Part shown: positions 1-7,350 of the stretch, piece by piece
Position numbering within the stretch: the first letter of the stretch is position 1
Layout of the letters: each line of letters starts with the position of its first letter
From: Polyangiaceae bacterium
GTDB lineage: Bacteria > Myxococcota_A > Polyangia > Polyangiales > Polyangiaceae
DNA: 64,000 nucleotides
NCBI GenBank assembly: GCA_033763455.1
Contig: JANRKO010000047.1
Span: forward strand, 32,001-96,000
Direction of reading: 5' to 3'
Translations under genes and position numbers: made by a program
The notes under the pieces: model-generated
The model's input: only the letters and a program-made list of their open reading frames with translations
Databases searched by the model: none
Told to the model about the DNA's origin: nothing

Positions 1-55
1 GGCGAAAGCGCGGGGCGGAAATGGTGGGGTTCGGTGAGGGGGTAGTATCAGGCAT
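1..55 (-). CDS. 5' end of a gene running off the window (MPDTTPSPNPTISAPRFR...)
   Basis: ATG at 55-53 preceded by a strong RBS GGAGGAG (69-63); frame open to the window edge. Confidence 0.5.
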   Translation of the reverse strand, partial: MPDTTPSPNPTISAPRFR

Positions 56-653
56 GGGTGTGCTCCTCCGGCTCGGGCCGGGGTGGAAGGTGGACGGGAA
101 GCCCGCCAACAAAACGCGGCATTTCGTGGGTGTTTTCGCTCCGTGCAGAAAATCCCGCGCAAGAAAGCAATCTCTGCCCAACAGAGAGTAAGCGGGAATC
201 ATGCTGTTTTCGTGCGCCAAGCCCTAAGCTGCCTACGCTTGTGTTCGTTGGGTCGGATGGATGATTGCCGGCGTTGGCGGCGTCAGCTCCGATCAACGTC
301 GCGAACGAGGGGCGCAGACCACTCGCTAGAAGGCCCCGTGCTGCTCCTGAGCGCCTCTGTGGCTTCGTTTCACGAGGTGCACCCAAGATGCCCAGGCCTG
401 CCAGGGGGGCAAATGCCGGGTCTGAGATTCCGGGTTTCGGTGCCCACGTGTGTGGCGCTGGTATATCCAATGGCCCCCAGACCGTGTGCTGACTCTCTCT
501 GGCTAACCAGTGCTGAAGGCCGTCGTGTTCGGACCGTGTGTCGTGTGCTGGCCCCCCTAGTACCCCCCGTGCGTGAGCACACGACACGCTGGGAGCGTGT
601 GTCGGTGCACACACACGTGTGCTGGCACACTCAACACACGGCACACGCCTCAT
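48..653 (-). CDS. Doubtful hypothetical ORF (201 aa) spanning the repeat array
   Basis: ATG overlaps the helicase stop (ATGA) and the stop overlaps the next start, but no recognisable domain and the N-terminus is translated repeats. Confidence 0.3.
   Translation of the reverse strand: MRRVPCVECASTRVCAPTHAPSVSCAHARGVLGGPAHDTRSEHDGLQHWLARESQHTVWGPLDIPAPHTWAPKPGISDPAFAPLAGLGILGAPRETKPQRRSGAARGLLASGLRPSFATLIGADAANAGNHPSDPTNTSVGSLGLGARKQHDSRLLSVGQRLLSCAGFSARSENTHEMPRFVGGLPVHLPPRPEPEEHTHA
447..647. repeat. Iteron-like array of CGTGTG/CACACG hexamers in both orientations; candidate replication origin
   Basis: Ten copies counted (447, 483, 535, 542, 578, 596, 612, 616, 635, 642); 12-bp inverted repeat 538-549/576-587; palindrome CACACGTGTG 612-621; directly downstream of the helicase. 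Confidence 0.65.
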
Positions 654-2407
654 GATTGCACCTCAGCTTTTGCCCACTGCCTGGCGCTCCTTTGGCGACC
701 GTCGCTCAGGTCAACGGCTCGCCCTGTTTCCAGAAGCTCAGCCATGGTGTTTAGGATCCGGTGGGCTCCCCACTTGTGCCCCCGCTTCTCCAGAGCCACT
801 TCGAGCGCTCCCCGGCTGAACGTGTTCGGCTGCTCAGGCAGAAGGCTTTCCACCAAGTCGCAGTCCGCCCTGAACCCAACCTGAACCCGGGCCTGTTTGG
901 CTTCCGCCTTCACTTCGGGCGACGCATGCTCACGGAGACCCGAAGCCGCTCGGAGCTCCTCGGCTTCCTCGGGCGTTGCAGCCCTAAGGACACCCGAGGT
1001 GCGGAGCCAACCGCCACCCGGGAGTTGTTCGTCTTGCATGCGGACCAGCCACAAGGGGTCAGCCTCGGGCGCCAGGTTGTTCTTCGAGTTTTCGAGCAAC
1101 ACGCCCTGAAGCTCAGCCGTCCGAACCTTGCTCAGTGTGAAGGCCGCCCTGAAACCGTTGCGTAACCCCGTTACACCTCGAACATCGGCCCCGCCAGCCC
1201 TGCCACTCGTCTTTGAGCTGTGGTGCGTCACCATGACGCCGGGCTCACCCGTGACACGAATAGCAATCGATTCGACGGCCTGAACAAAGGCGGTTGCAAG
1301 CCCGTTGTCTGATTCAGCGTTGCCTGAAGCGAACCTAGCAAGCGGATCGATTGCAACGAACGCCCATTCGAACCCACCCTTTTCGGCTTCATCGTTCAGC
1401 CGCTGAACTATCGCCTCCAAGAATTCGGTGCGCCGGGGATTGTGCGCTTGATCCACTGACAAGAAAGAAACCTCGTGCCCCGTCAATAGGAATAACAAGA
1501 TCTTCTCTTGGACCTGAAGCCTCTCCTCTGCACCCAAGCCGAGCGCGTTGCAGATCCGATAGAGCCGATCCTGACATTCTTCGGCGTCATCCTCACCCAT
1601 GAGGAGCGCAATGCGTCCGCAGTTAACCTCCGGTTGAAAGGCATCAAACAGCTTGCGCCCGAGGCCCAGGCAGACAGCCATCAAAAGAGCAATGAACGAC
1701 TTGCCCACGCCGCCATCGGCTGCAAGTACGAACACTTTCCCGCGGCGGAGTAGCGGCACGGGCTTGCCTGAGCGGACGTCGTTAAACAACCAACGGCGCT
1801 TGGGCGGTTCGGTAGCTAGATCTAAACTGCTCAGCCAAATTGCTGGCAATTCCATTGGCTTCTGTCGTTCGAGAAGGAGCAAGAGAGCGGCGGCTTTGGG
1901 CCATTCCTTTTGCTCTATGAGTTCCAGAATCTCAGCGATCAGGGTCGCCGTTTCGGCTGATTCCTCTTCCGTGCTCGCCTCGCCAGACTCCGGAGCATCG
2001 TCGGAATCATGCGCTGAACCATTCGTTCCCCTGCCGTTGGTGTGCGGCCTCTCGGCTCTTGGTGGCGCCTGCCTCGGCTGCTTCTCGCCGGCACCAAATG
2101 CACTATTGAGCGTGGCCCTAATCTCCCCATCTCCAAGCCCGCATTGCTTGGCCGCATGGTGTAAAGCCGCGCGGGCCTCGGCTTCACCGAGCTGGCCACC
2201 TGATACAAGTTGCGCGACCGAAAAGGCCGACGTGTTCAGCTGATTATTTCGTTCGCCTTCGGCTGCCGAGGCTACCGCGGAGCATTCGCGCTCAAGTGCC
2301 GCCCTACCGTACGGCGTGCCTCCGTCGACGGCCTTGGCCCGCGGCGTTGAATCATTCGCCGGCTCCGGCCGTTTGCGGTTCTTGCCGATTGCTTCTTCCC
2401 AGCTCAC
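650..2407 (-). CDS. RepA/AAA_25-type replicative helicase with N-terminal PriCT-like helical domain
   Basis: Walker A ADGGVGKS, Walker B VAIDP, THHSSK and RGVTGL motifs, SKNN; N-terminal GERNNQLN...EIRATLNS; GTG start overlaps the Prim-Pol stop. Confidence 0.85.
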   Translation of the reverse strand: MSWEEAIGKNRKRPEPANDSTPRAKAVDGGTPYGRAALERECSAVASAAEGERNNQLNTSAFSVAQLVSGGQLGEAEARAALHHAAKQCGLGDGEIRATLNSAFGAGEKQPRQAPPRAERPHTNGRGTNGSAHDSDDAPESGEASTEEESAETATLIAEILELIEQKEWPKAAALLLLLERQKPMELPAIWLSSLDLATEPPKRRWLFNDVRSGKPVPLLRRGKVFVLAADGGVGKSFIALLMAVCLGLGRKLFDAFQPEVNCGRIALLMGEDDAEECQDRLYRICNALGLGAEERLQVQEKILLFLLTGHEVSFLSVDQAHNPRRTEFLEAIVQRLNDEAEKGGFEWAFVAIDPLARFASGNAESDNGLATAFVQAVESIAIRVTGEPGVMVTHHSSKTSGRAGGADVRGVTGLRNGFRAAFTLSKVRTAELQGVLLENSKNNLAPEADPLWLVRMQDEQLPGGGWLRTSGVLRAATPEEAEELRAASGLREHASPEVKAEAKQARVQVGFRADCDLVESLLPEQPNTFSRGALEVALEKRGHKWGAHRILNTMAELLETGRAVDLSDGRQRSARQWAKAEVQS

Positions 2408-3042
2408 GGAAGCACCGCCGGTTCCTGGCAGTTGACCCACCGGTACGTTGCGCCGCTGGCATGCCTGCTCGGACCCACAACGATTTGACCGCCACGGCTC
2501 CGAACGTCGATGCCCGGTGCTATCCGTACCGCATTGCCGAAGTTGGCTGAATCTGAAACTCGAAATAACAAGTGAAAGCCTTTGGCCGTCTTGGCCGTGA
2601 GAGTTTGCGGGAGTTTCCCGTGCTCAGCTTCGAGCGGAGCTAAGAGTTCAAGCGCGCCATCCACATCGATCGCGATCACATCGAACCCACCAGGCTGCGG
2701 CCCCATGCGGAGACCAACGTTCAAGCGCCAGTCTTTCTCCAAGCCAGCAAGCAACGCCGGAACGTCGAGCGCTGCAGACTGCCATCCCTGCGCAACGGGA
2801 TGTTTGCCGGCTGCCCCACAACCAGGCCGGCCACAGGTGCACGAACCATCGGCGGCAATGCCGTGTAGCAAGATCGGATGTAGCCCAAGCTTGGCGTAAA
2901 TGCGGATGGCGTCGAGCTTGTCTGTTTGGGCGATCCATTGAAGCCGATCCCACCCCTGCAACTGCAACGGGGAAGCCGAATCCATCAGCCGCTGAACCTC
3001 AGCCTCTGGAACAATCGCATAGGGATCGGGCTTGGTGCTCAT
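2404..3042 (-). CDS. Bifunctional DNA primase/polymerase (Prim-Pol) domain protein
   Basis: CTCGRPGC...GKHP, NVGLRMG, IDVD, KTAKGFHLLF, GIDVRSRGGQIVVGPSRH motifs; ATG at 3042 overlaps the upstream stop. Confidence 0.9.
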   Translation of the reverse strand: MSTKPDPYAIVPEAEVQRLMDSASPLQLQGWDRLQWIAQTDKLDAIRIYAKLGLHPILLHGIAADGSCTCGRPGCGAAGKHPVAQGWQSAALDVPALLAGLEKDWRLNVGLRMGPQPGGFDVIAIDVDGALELLAPLEAEHGKLPQTLTAKTAKGFHLLFRVSDSANFGNAVRIAPGIDVRSRGGQIVVGPSRHASGATYRWVNCQEPAVLP

Positions 3043-3356
3043 GCTTCGCCCCTGCACTGCCGACACACGACGCCTTGGCCCTTGGTCCACCACACGCGAT
3101 CGCCGACATCAATGGCCCGGGCGCAATCGCGACAAAAGCTGTTGAACCGCGAATCAATCCACCGCCCAGGTGATGCCGGTTGGCTCGCCCGCGCAGCTGG
3201 AGCGAGTGCTTGGCACTGACCGGGCTCGTGGAGCTGCAAGCCATGTTCAGCGATCATTTTCGCTAGGATGACGCCACAGGTTCGCGCCTCTTCGGGAGGG
3301 GTGCCAGAGTGCGCGGCACGACTGACTAGCGCCAGGGCGCGTGCCGCGATGCTCAC
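3039..3356 (-). CDS. DUF2786-like helix plus C-terminal Zn-ribbon protein (105 aa)
   Basis: ALALVSRAAHSGTPPEEAR...MIAEHGL resembles DUF2786; CRDC...CRQC; GTGA-coupled start. Confidence 0.6.
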   Translation of the reverse strand: MSIAARALALVSRAAHSGTPPEEARTCGVILAKMIAEHGLQLHEPGQCQALAPAARASQPASPGRWIDSRFNSFCRDCARAIDVGDRVWWTKGQGVVCRQCRGEA

Positions 3357-3799
3357 CTGGAACCCCGCGGAGCTGGCTTGCCACAGCCAAGATGTGCAGA
3401 CTTTTTCAGCTCGCGATGATAGACAATCGAGTCGCCAACCTGGTACCCATTGCCACAAACCACGCACTTGCCGGCATATTTTGATTCCATCGGGATTCCC
3501 ACGAACGGGCTCGGCACCGACATATCGGGCTCACCGCGGGTAGCCTGTGCTTGTGCCGCCGCGGGCTGGCTAGCCACCTCGGAGCGCAGCTTGGTGAGCT
3601 CCTCGATTACCTGAGGAAGCTCCCTATCCCGAAGTGTGCAGCCCTTCTTGGTGGGCAAAAGCTGCCCCGAATCCCCTCGAAAGAAGATCCGCAGGTCCGT
3701 GAACGGCTTACCGTTGTAGGTTTTGCGTGAGATCCGGAGTGTATCGGTGCCACGCTCAAACTCCAAAAGCACCACTCCGTCGGAGTCGTTTTCGCTCAT
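3353..3799 (-). CDS. PC4/p15 (YdbC-like) ssDNA-binding protein fused to a C-terminal Zn-ribbon
   Basis: LRISRKTYNGKPFTDLRIFF...PTKKGCTL PC4 signature; C-terminal CVVC...HLGC; ATGA-coupled start. Confidence 0.8.
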   Translation of the reverse strand: MSENDSDGVVLLEFERGTDTLRISRKTYNGKPFTDLRIFFRGDSGQLLPTKKGCTLRDRELPQVIEELTKLRSEVASQPAAAQAQATRGEPDMSVPSPFVGIPMESKYAGKCVVCGNGYQVGDSIVYHRELKKSAHLGCGKPAPRGSR

Positions 3800-3975
3800 T
3801 GTGCCGCCTCGCTCACCCAAAACTCAGGAGTAAGAATGCAGCGCAATTCCCACCCTTGGGAGCGCCGAAGCTCGGAGGCGTCAATCTTCCCACGCGCTGC
3901 GGACAAGGCCTGAGCAACTTCGTACTCGCCATTTTCAATGGCACGCCGGATCTCGCGATCAAGTGCGGCGCTCAT
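3796..3975 (-). CDS. Small hypothetical protein (59 aa, MSAALDREIRRAIENGEYE...), not in the ORF track
   Basis: Manually translated; ATGA overlaps at both ends fill the operon gap exactly. Confidence 0.65.
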   Translation of the reverse strand: MSAALDREIRRAIENGEYEVAQALSAARGKIDASELRRSQGWELRCILTPEFWVSEAAQ

Positions 3976-4133
3976 CGGGTCCGCCTCCCAGCCTTCGCGG
4001 CCTCGCGAAACAGCCCGGCAACCTCGCGTGAAATGGACCGGTGCCGGCGCGCCTGTTGGATCGCCAGGATGCGTTGGCGTTGCGATTCCCGGGCGTTTGC
4101 CGTGGTAGTGGGCTCAACGTGAACGGCGCTCAT
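3972..4133 (-). CDS. Small basic hypothetical protein (53 aa)
   Basis: ATGA overlaps at both ends. Confidence 0.6.
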   Translation of the reverse strand: MSAVHVEPTTTANARESQRQRILAIQQARRHRSISREVAGLFREAAKAGRRTR

Positions 4134-4432
4134 TTTCCGCCGCTCCCGGTTGCGGCCAAAACTTCCGACCACAGGTATCGAGGCGAGTCGCCGACCTTAC
4201 GGACTGGCAATTTGCCTGCCTTTGTCATCTTGTGAACCGTGGTTGAGCTCACGCTCAACCGCTGTGCCAGCTCCGAAGCTGAGAGGAGTCTCTCAGCGTC
4301 TGAAACTTCATCGGCGAGAGTTGCCCCACCAAGCCGCTGAATTATCACGTCGGCCACAGCGCTGGCCAGTTCGCCGCAGGTCGCGTGAACTGCCAACTTG
4401 CTTTCTAATGAATCCTTGATTAAAGTGCTCAT
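4130..4432 (-). CDS. Excisionase/AlpA-like helix-turn-helix protein (HTH_17)
   Basis: LLSASELAQRLSVSSTTVHKMTKAGKLPVRKVGDSPRYLWSEV. Confidence 0.85.
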   Translation of the reverse strand: MSTLIKDSLESKLAVHATCGELASAVADVIIQRLGGATLADEVSDAERLLSASELAQRLSVSSTTVHKMTKAGKLPVRKVGDSPRYLWSEVLAATGSGGK

Positions 4433-4445
4433 TGTCTCGATCCTT

Positions 4446-4477
4446 TGCGCCCCGCTGCTAGAAACAGTTGGGGCGCA
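4446..4477. promoter_or_regulatory. GC-rich hairpin between the two HTH genes
   Basis: TGCGCCCC (4446-4453) / GGGGCGCA (4470-4477) just upstream of the excisionase-like start. Confidence 0.35.
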
Positions 4478-4514
4478 CGCTTTTCAGCGTCCGGAGCCCA
4501 AGGGGCATTGATGG

Positions 4515-4712
4515 TTATGCAGCCTTTGCAGCCGTTAAGCGCTGCTCAAGCAGTAAGATGGTCCCTGGTGTCACCGGCAAACCGGCAGCAAGACGCATGA
4601 CGGTAGTGTCTGAAATGCCCAGCAAAGCGCTGGTTTTTCGTACCGATCGTTCAGTGATCAGGTCACGGACCTGTTTGACTAGATATGGACTTGCGGAGAT
4701 TGGCTTGGCCAT
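4515..4712 (-). CDS. Small Cro-like HTH protein (65 aa)
   Basis: SVRKTSALLGISDTTVMRLAAG HTH pattern; RBS GAGGTG. Confidence 0.7.
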   Translation of the reverse strand: MAKPISASPYLVKQVRDLITERSVRKTSALLGISDTTVMRLAAGLPVTPGTILLLEQRLTAAKAA

Positions 4713-4762
4713 GTGGCACCTCTAATCAGGTGTGCCGCAATGGATTCGCTTCTATCTCCGCG

Positions 4763-5719
4763 CTACCGTTTGGCCTTTTTTCTGCGGGAATTATTTTTTT
4801 TGAGGCTCAAAGTGAAGTCCTCAACTAGAGCCCGTGCCGTACGCTTCGAACCACCCTTGTTGAGCCCTACCGATTCCCGCATCTTGTCGATCGCAGTGGC
4901 AGTGAGCTCCGGCGGGACTTCGAGATCCTGAGCTAGCAGGTAGGCCCGGATCTCCTCGCCACTCGCCGGGCCCCAAAACGAGCCAGTGGCGCTCTCCTCC
5001 CGCATTCGAACAAGCTTGGCTTCAACCTTGGCAAAGGCGGGATCCGGCGTCCGTTTAGTTTTGCCGTGTTCCTTTCGCAGGCGTTCCTCTTCCCGGTGCC
5101 TCGCGTCCATTTCCAGTTGTGCGGCTAGGGAGTCTGACCAAGAAGCTCGTTCGCCATAGCGGTAGCCAAAAAGTGCTTCGAAGGCTTGTTCCAGCGCCGA
5201 TGAGCGCTCGAACATCATCATTCCTCCGCGTGCACCACGGAGTAGCGGGGCAAGATCTACTTGCGCACCACCTGCGTGGAAGAGGTGGCCAAGGCTGACT
5301 AGCAGACTCTTGGCGATTGCCTCTGTGCGGGGCGACGGATCGCAAAAGACCTTCGTCGTCCGCCATAGCATTCCGTCGCGATACTCAAAGCCAGCCGGGG
5401 CCCGCTTCTTGTCGTGCCGCCCTTTCTGGTCACGCTGCAAGTGAACACCCGCCGCGTCTCGCTCGTGACGTGTGTTGAGGCCTCGGCTCTCAGGCTCTCC
5501 AGACTGACCTTGCAGGTTATCGAGGAGCGCCATGACTTTAGCCATCGTGGCTTGGACAGAAGGGTGCCCCGGGTGCTTCCGAATTACTTCGTCAAGCTCT
5601 CCCAGTGTCTCTATTAAACCGCTGCCGTCTTGACTCCTTCGCGGAGGCGGCACCACTTTTAGCTTGACCCTCTCAGGCTTCTTCGGTGGCACCTTCCCCA
5701 TCGCGGCGACGGCCATCAT
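4763..5719 (-). CDS. Hypothetical protein (318 aa), first gene inside the att-like boundary
   Basis: Long ORF co-oriented with the element operon; basic termini; no recognised domain. Confidence 0.65.
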   Translation of the reverse strand: MMAVAAMGKVPPKKPERVKLKVVPPPRRSQDGSGLIETLGELDEVIRKHPGHPSVQATMAKVMALLDNLQGQSGEPESRGLNTRHERDAAGVHLQRDQKGRHDKKRAPAGFEYRDGMLWRTTKVFCDPSPRTEAIAKSLLVSLGHLFHAGGAQVDLAPLLRGARGGMMMFERSSALEQAFEALFGYRYGERASWSDSLAAQLEMDARHREEERLRKEHGKTKRTPDPAFAKVEAKLVRMREESATGSFWGPASGEEIRAYLLAQDLEVPPELTATAIDKMRESVGLNKGGSKRTARALVEDFTLSLKKNNSRRKKAKR

Positions 5720-5916
5720 AGCGCCCAGCCTTGCTGCTGGACTAGGCTACCCAGCATGCTTCGGATGTACGCGCGGGCGGCGCAATCGGCGGCAATCCAG
5801 CGGTTTCTTTCTTGCACCGAATTCTTGCATGGAGATACAGAATCCGCGCTTTTATCACCTACCGCGTTTGAGCCCGGCCCACTGGACAAGCCAGAAACAT
5901 CCTGATTCGAACCAAA

Positions 5917-5967
5917 AGCACAGCTTCCCATGCTTGGGGTCGTGGGTTCGAATCCCATTTCCCGCTC
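5917..5967 (+). pseudogene. 3' fragment of tRNA-Gly(CCC); probable att site
   Basis: CAGCTTCCCATGCTTGGGGTCGTGGGTTCGAATCCCATTTCCCGCT has the anticodon loop, T-arm and 3' acceptor strand; the 5' GCGGGAA strand and D-arm are absent. Confidence 0.8.
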
Positions 5968-6043
5968 AGAGTAGTTCAGAATAGCAGAATGGGTTGGAGG
6001 GGGGCGGGGTGCGAAAGGGCACTCCGGTTGGCTGCCGCGCGAA

Positions 6044-6099
6044 ATGAAGCCGGTCGTCTTTGCGCCGGAAGCTCGCGCTGAGCTTGACGCAGCGGCCCC
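6044..6099 (+). pseudogene. Possible N-terminal remnant of a ParE/RelE-family toxin
   Basis: MKPVVFAPEARAELDAAA resembles ParE N-termini, then the frame runs antisense into the next gene. Confidence 0.35.
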
Positions 6100-7260
6100 T
6101 CAGCCACCGCAGGTATCAATAATTGAGGCTGTTACGTCCGGAGGGTCATTCGGGCGGGAAACATCGCAAACGCCCTTACGCCCAAGGGCAGAGGCCACGT
6201 TGGCGGCGCCGAAACACTTCATTTCTGGGTGCCCGCAATCAGCCGTGCAATCGCAGAGCTTCAGGCAAATCCCCGCGTCCCCCTGGCCTTCCCCGGTGCG
6301 CGCGGGAACGCACACAGCACTGAGCGTTGGGCTCCCCGTTGGATTGCAGCTGCCTTCTGCACCCACAGTGCAGCCGTCGGCACAGGCTCCGATCGTATTG
6401 GTGAACGGTAAACAGAGCCCGCGGCAAGGGTCCACCTTCGCGTTGGGATCGCACTTGGAGCCGGTGGGCAAGCCTGGCGGAGGCTCAGCCCTACACAGCC
6501 CCGCTGAGAGAATAGCCGTCGCGAAATCGCAGGAAGTGCCCGACTCACACTCCCCGCTGGCACCGTTGCATTGCGGCAAACACGCCGCCAGGTTCGACGG
6601 AGCGTCGAGCAAAGTGCACGCCATCTCCGGCCTGTTGCTGCACTTTGCCGCATTGCCAATGGGACTTCCAACCGCGCAGGCTTCAAAACAATAGGCTTGC
6701 TTTTCGCTGCCCACGCACACGCTCTTTGCGTTGAGCTGCTGGCAGAGGCGGGCATCTTCGCTGCAATCTGCGGTGCAAAGCCCCTCGGCCGGGCCCCCAC
6801 CGTCGAGGGCGGTTGACCCGCTAGTGAGGCAAATGAGCCTATCTTCGCAATCCGTTTCCGAATTGCAGCGCGCCCCAACGGGGCCCTTCACAGCATTCGG
6901 GCGCCCCCCGGAAGCATTGCTCCCTGGGGGAGAACCGCCAACAGACGTTAACCCACCACTCCCGATCAGACTGTTCCCGCCGGACGAACCATTGGGCCCT
7001 CCGCCAGCGGCCGAGGCATTGTTAAACCTCCCGCCCGTAGGCAGAAGGGGGAGATTATCTATCGACACCAAGCCCGCGCCACCACTGCCCAGCGCAGCCA
7101 ACGTTCCCCCCGTGGAGCCTGCGACGGCATCTGCTCCTCCCGAAGCATCCCCGCCTGTCGACTCGAACAGGCTATTGTCCGCCTGGCCGCACGCGGGCGC
7201 CAACCCAACACTCAACGAGAAAACCACACTCAAACTCAACCAACGCAGTGAGGGCTTCAT
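6100..7260 (-). CDS. Cys-rich lipoprotein with Gly-rich linker (paralog of 13837-15009)
   Basis: Signal peptide ending LAPAC; Gly-rich spacer; many Cys; C-terminus ...ASIIDTCGG. Confidence 0.85.
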   Translation of the reverse strand: MKPSLRWLSLSVVFSLSVGLAPACGQADNSLFESTGGDASGGADAVAGSTGGTLAALGSGGAGLVSIDNLPLLPTGGRFNNASAAGGGPNGSSGGNSLIGSGGLTSVGGSPPGSNASGGRPNAVKGPVGARCNSETDCEDRLICLTSGSTALDGGGPAEGLCTADCSEDARLCQQLNAKSVCVGSEKQAYCFEACAVGSPIGNAAKCSNRPEMACTLLDAPSNLAACLPQCNGASGECESGTSCDFATAILSAGLCRAEPPPGLPTGSKCDPNAKVDPCRGLCLPFTNTIGACADGCTVGAEGSCNPTGSPTLSAVCVPARTGEGQGDAGICLKLCDCTADCGHPEMKCFGAANVASALGRKGVCDVSRPNDPPDVTASIIDTCGG

Positions 7261-7350
7261 AGGTGGGTGACCTTTGCAGATATCGCTTTCATAGCAGGGT
7301 TACCGCTTGCCGCTCCGAATGCAACCCTCAGATCCGGCAAGGCGTTTGGT

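Larger units (their letters stand above)
1..5967. mobile_element. Right end of an integrated satellite/PICI-like (or plasmid-derived) element; continues off the left edge of the window
   Basis: Co-oriented HTH, excisionase-like, PC4/SSB, Prim-Pol and AAA_25 helicase genes, bounded by a truncated tRNA-Gly 3' fragment (att-like). Integrase not seen in window. Confidence 0.8.

Noticed and set aside
447..647. CRISPR array
   Set aside because: Repeats are 6-13 bp, irregularly spaced and in both orientations; no cas genes.
5890..5970. Intact tRNA-Gly gene
   Set aside because: The 5' acceptor strand and D-arm are missing and the anticodon stem is broken.
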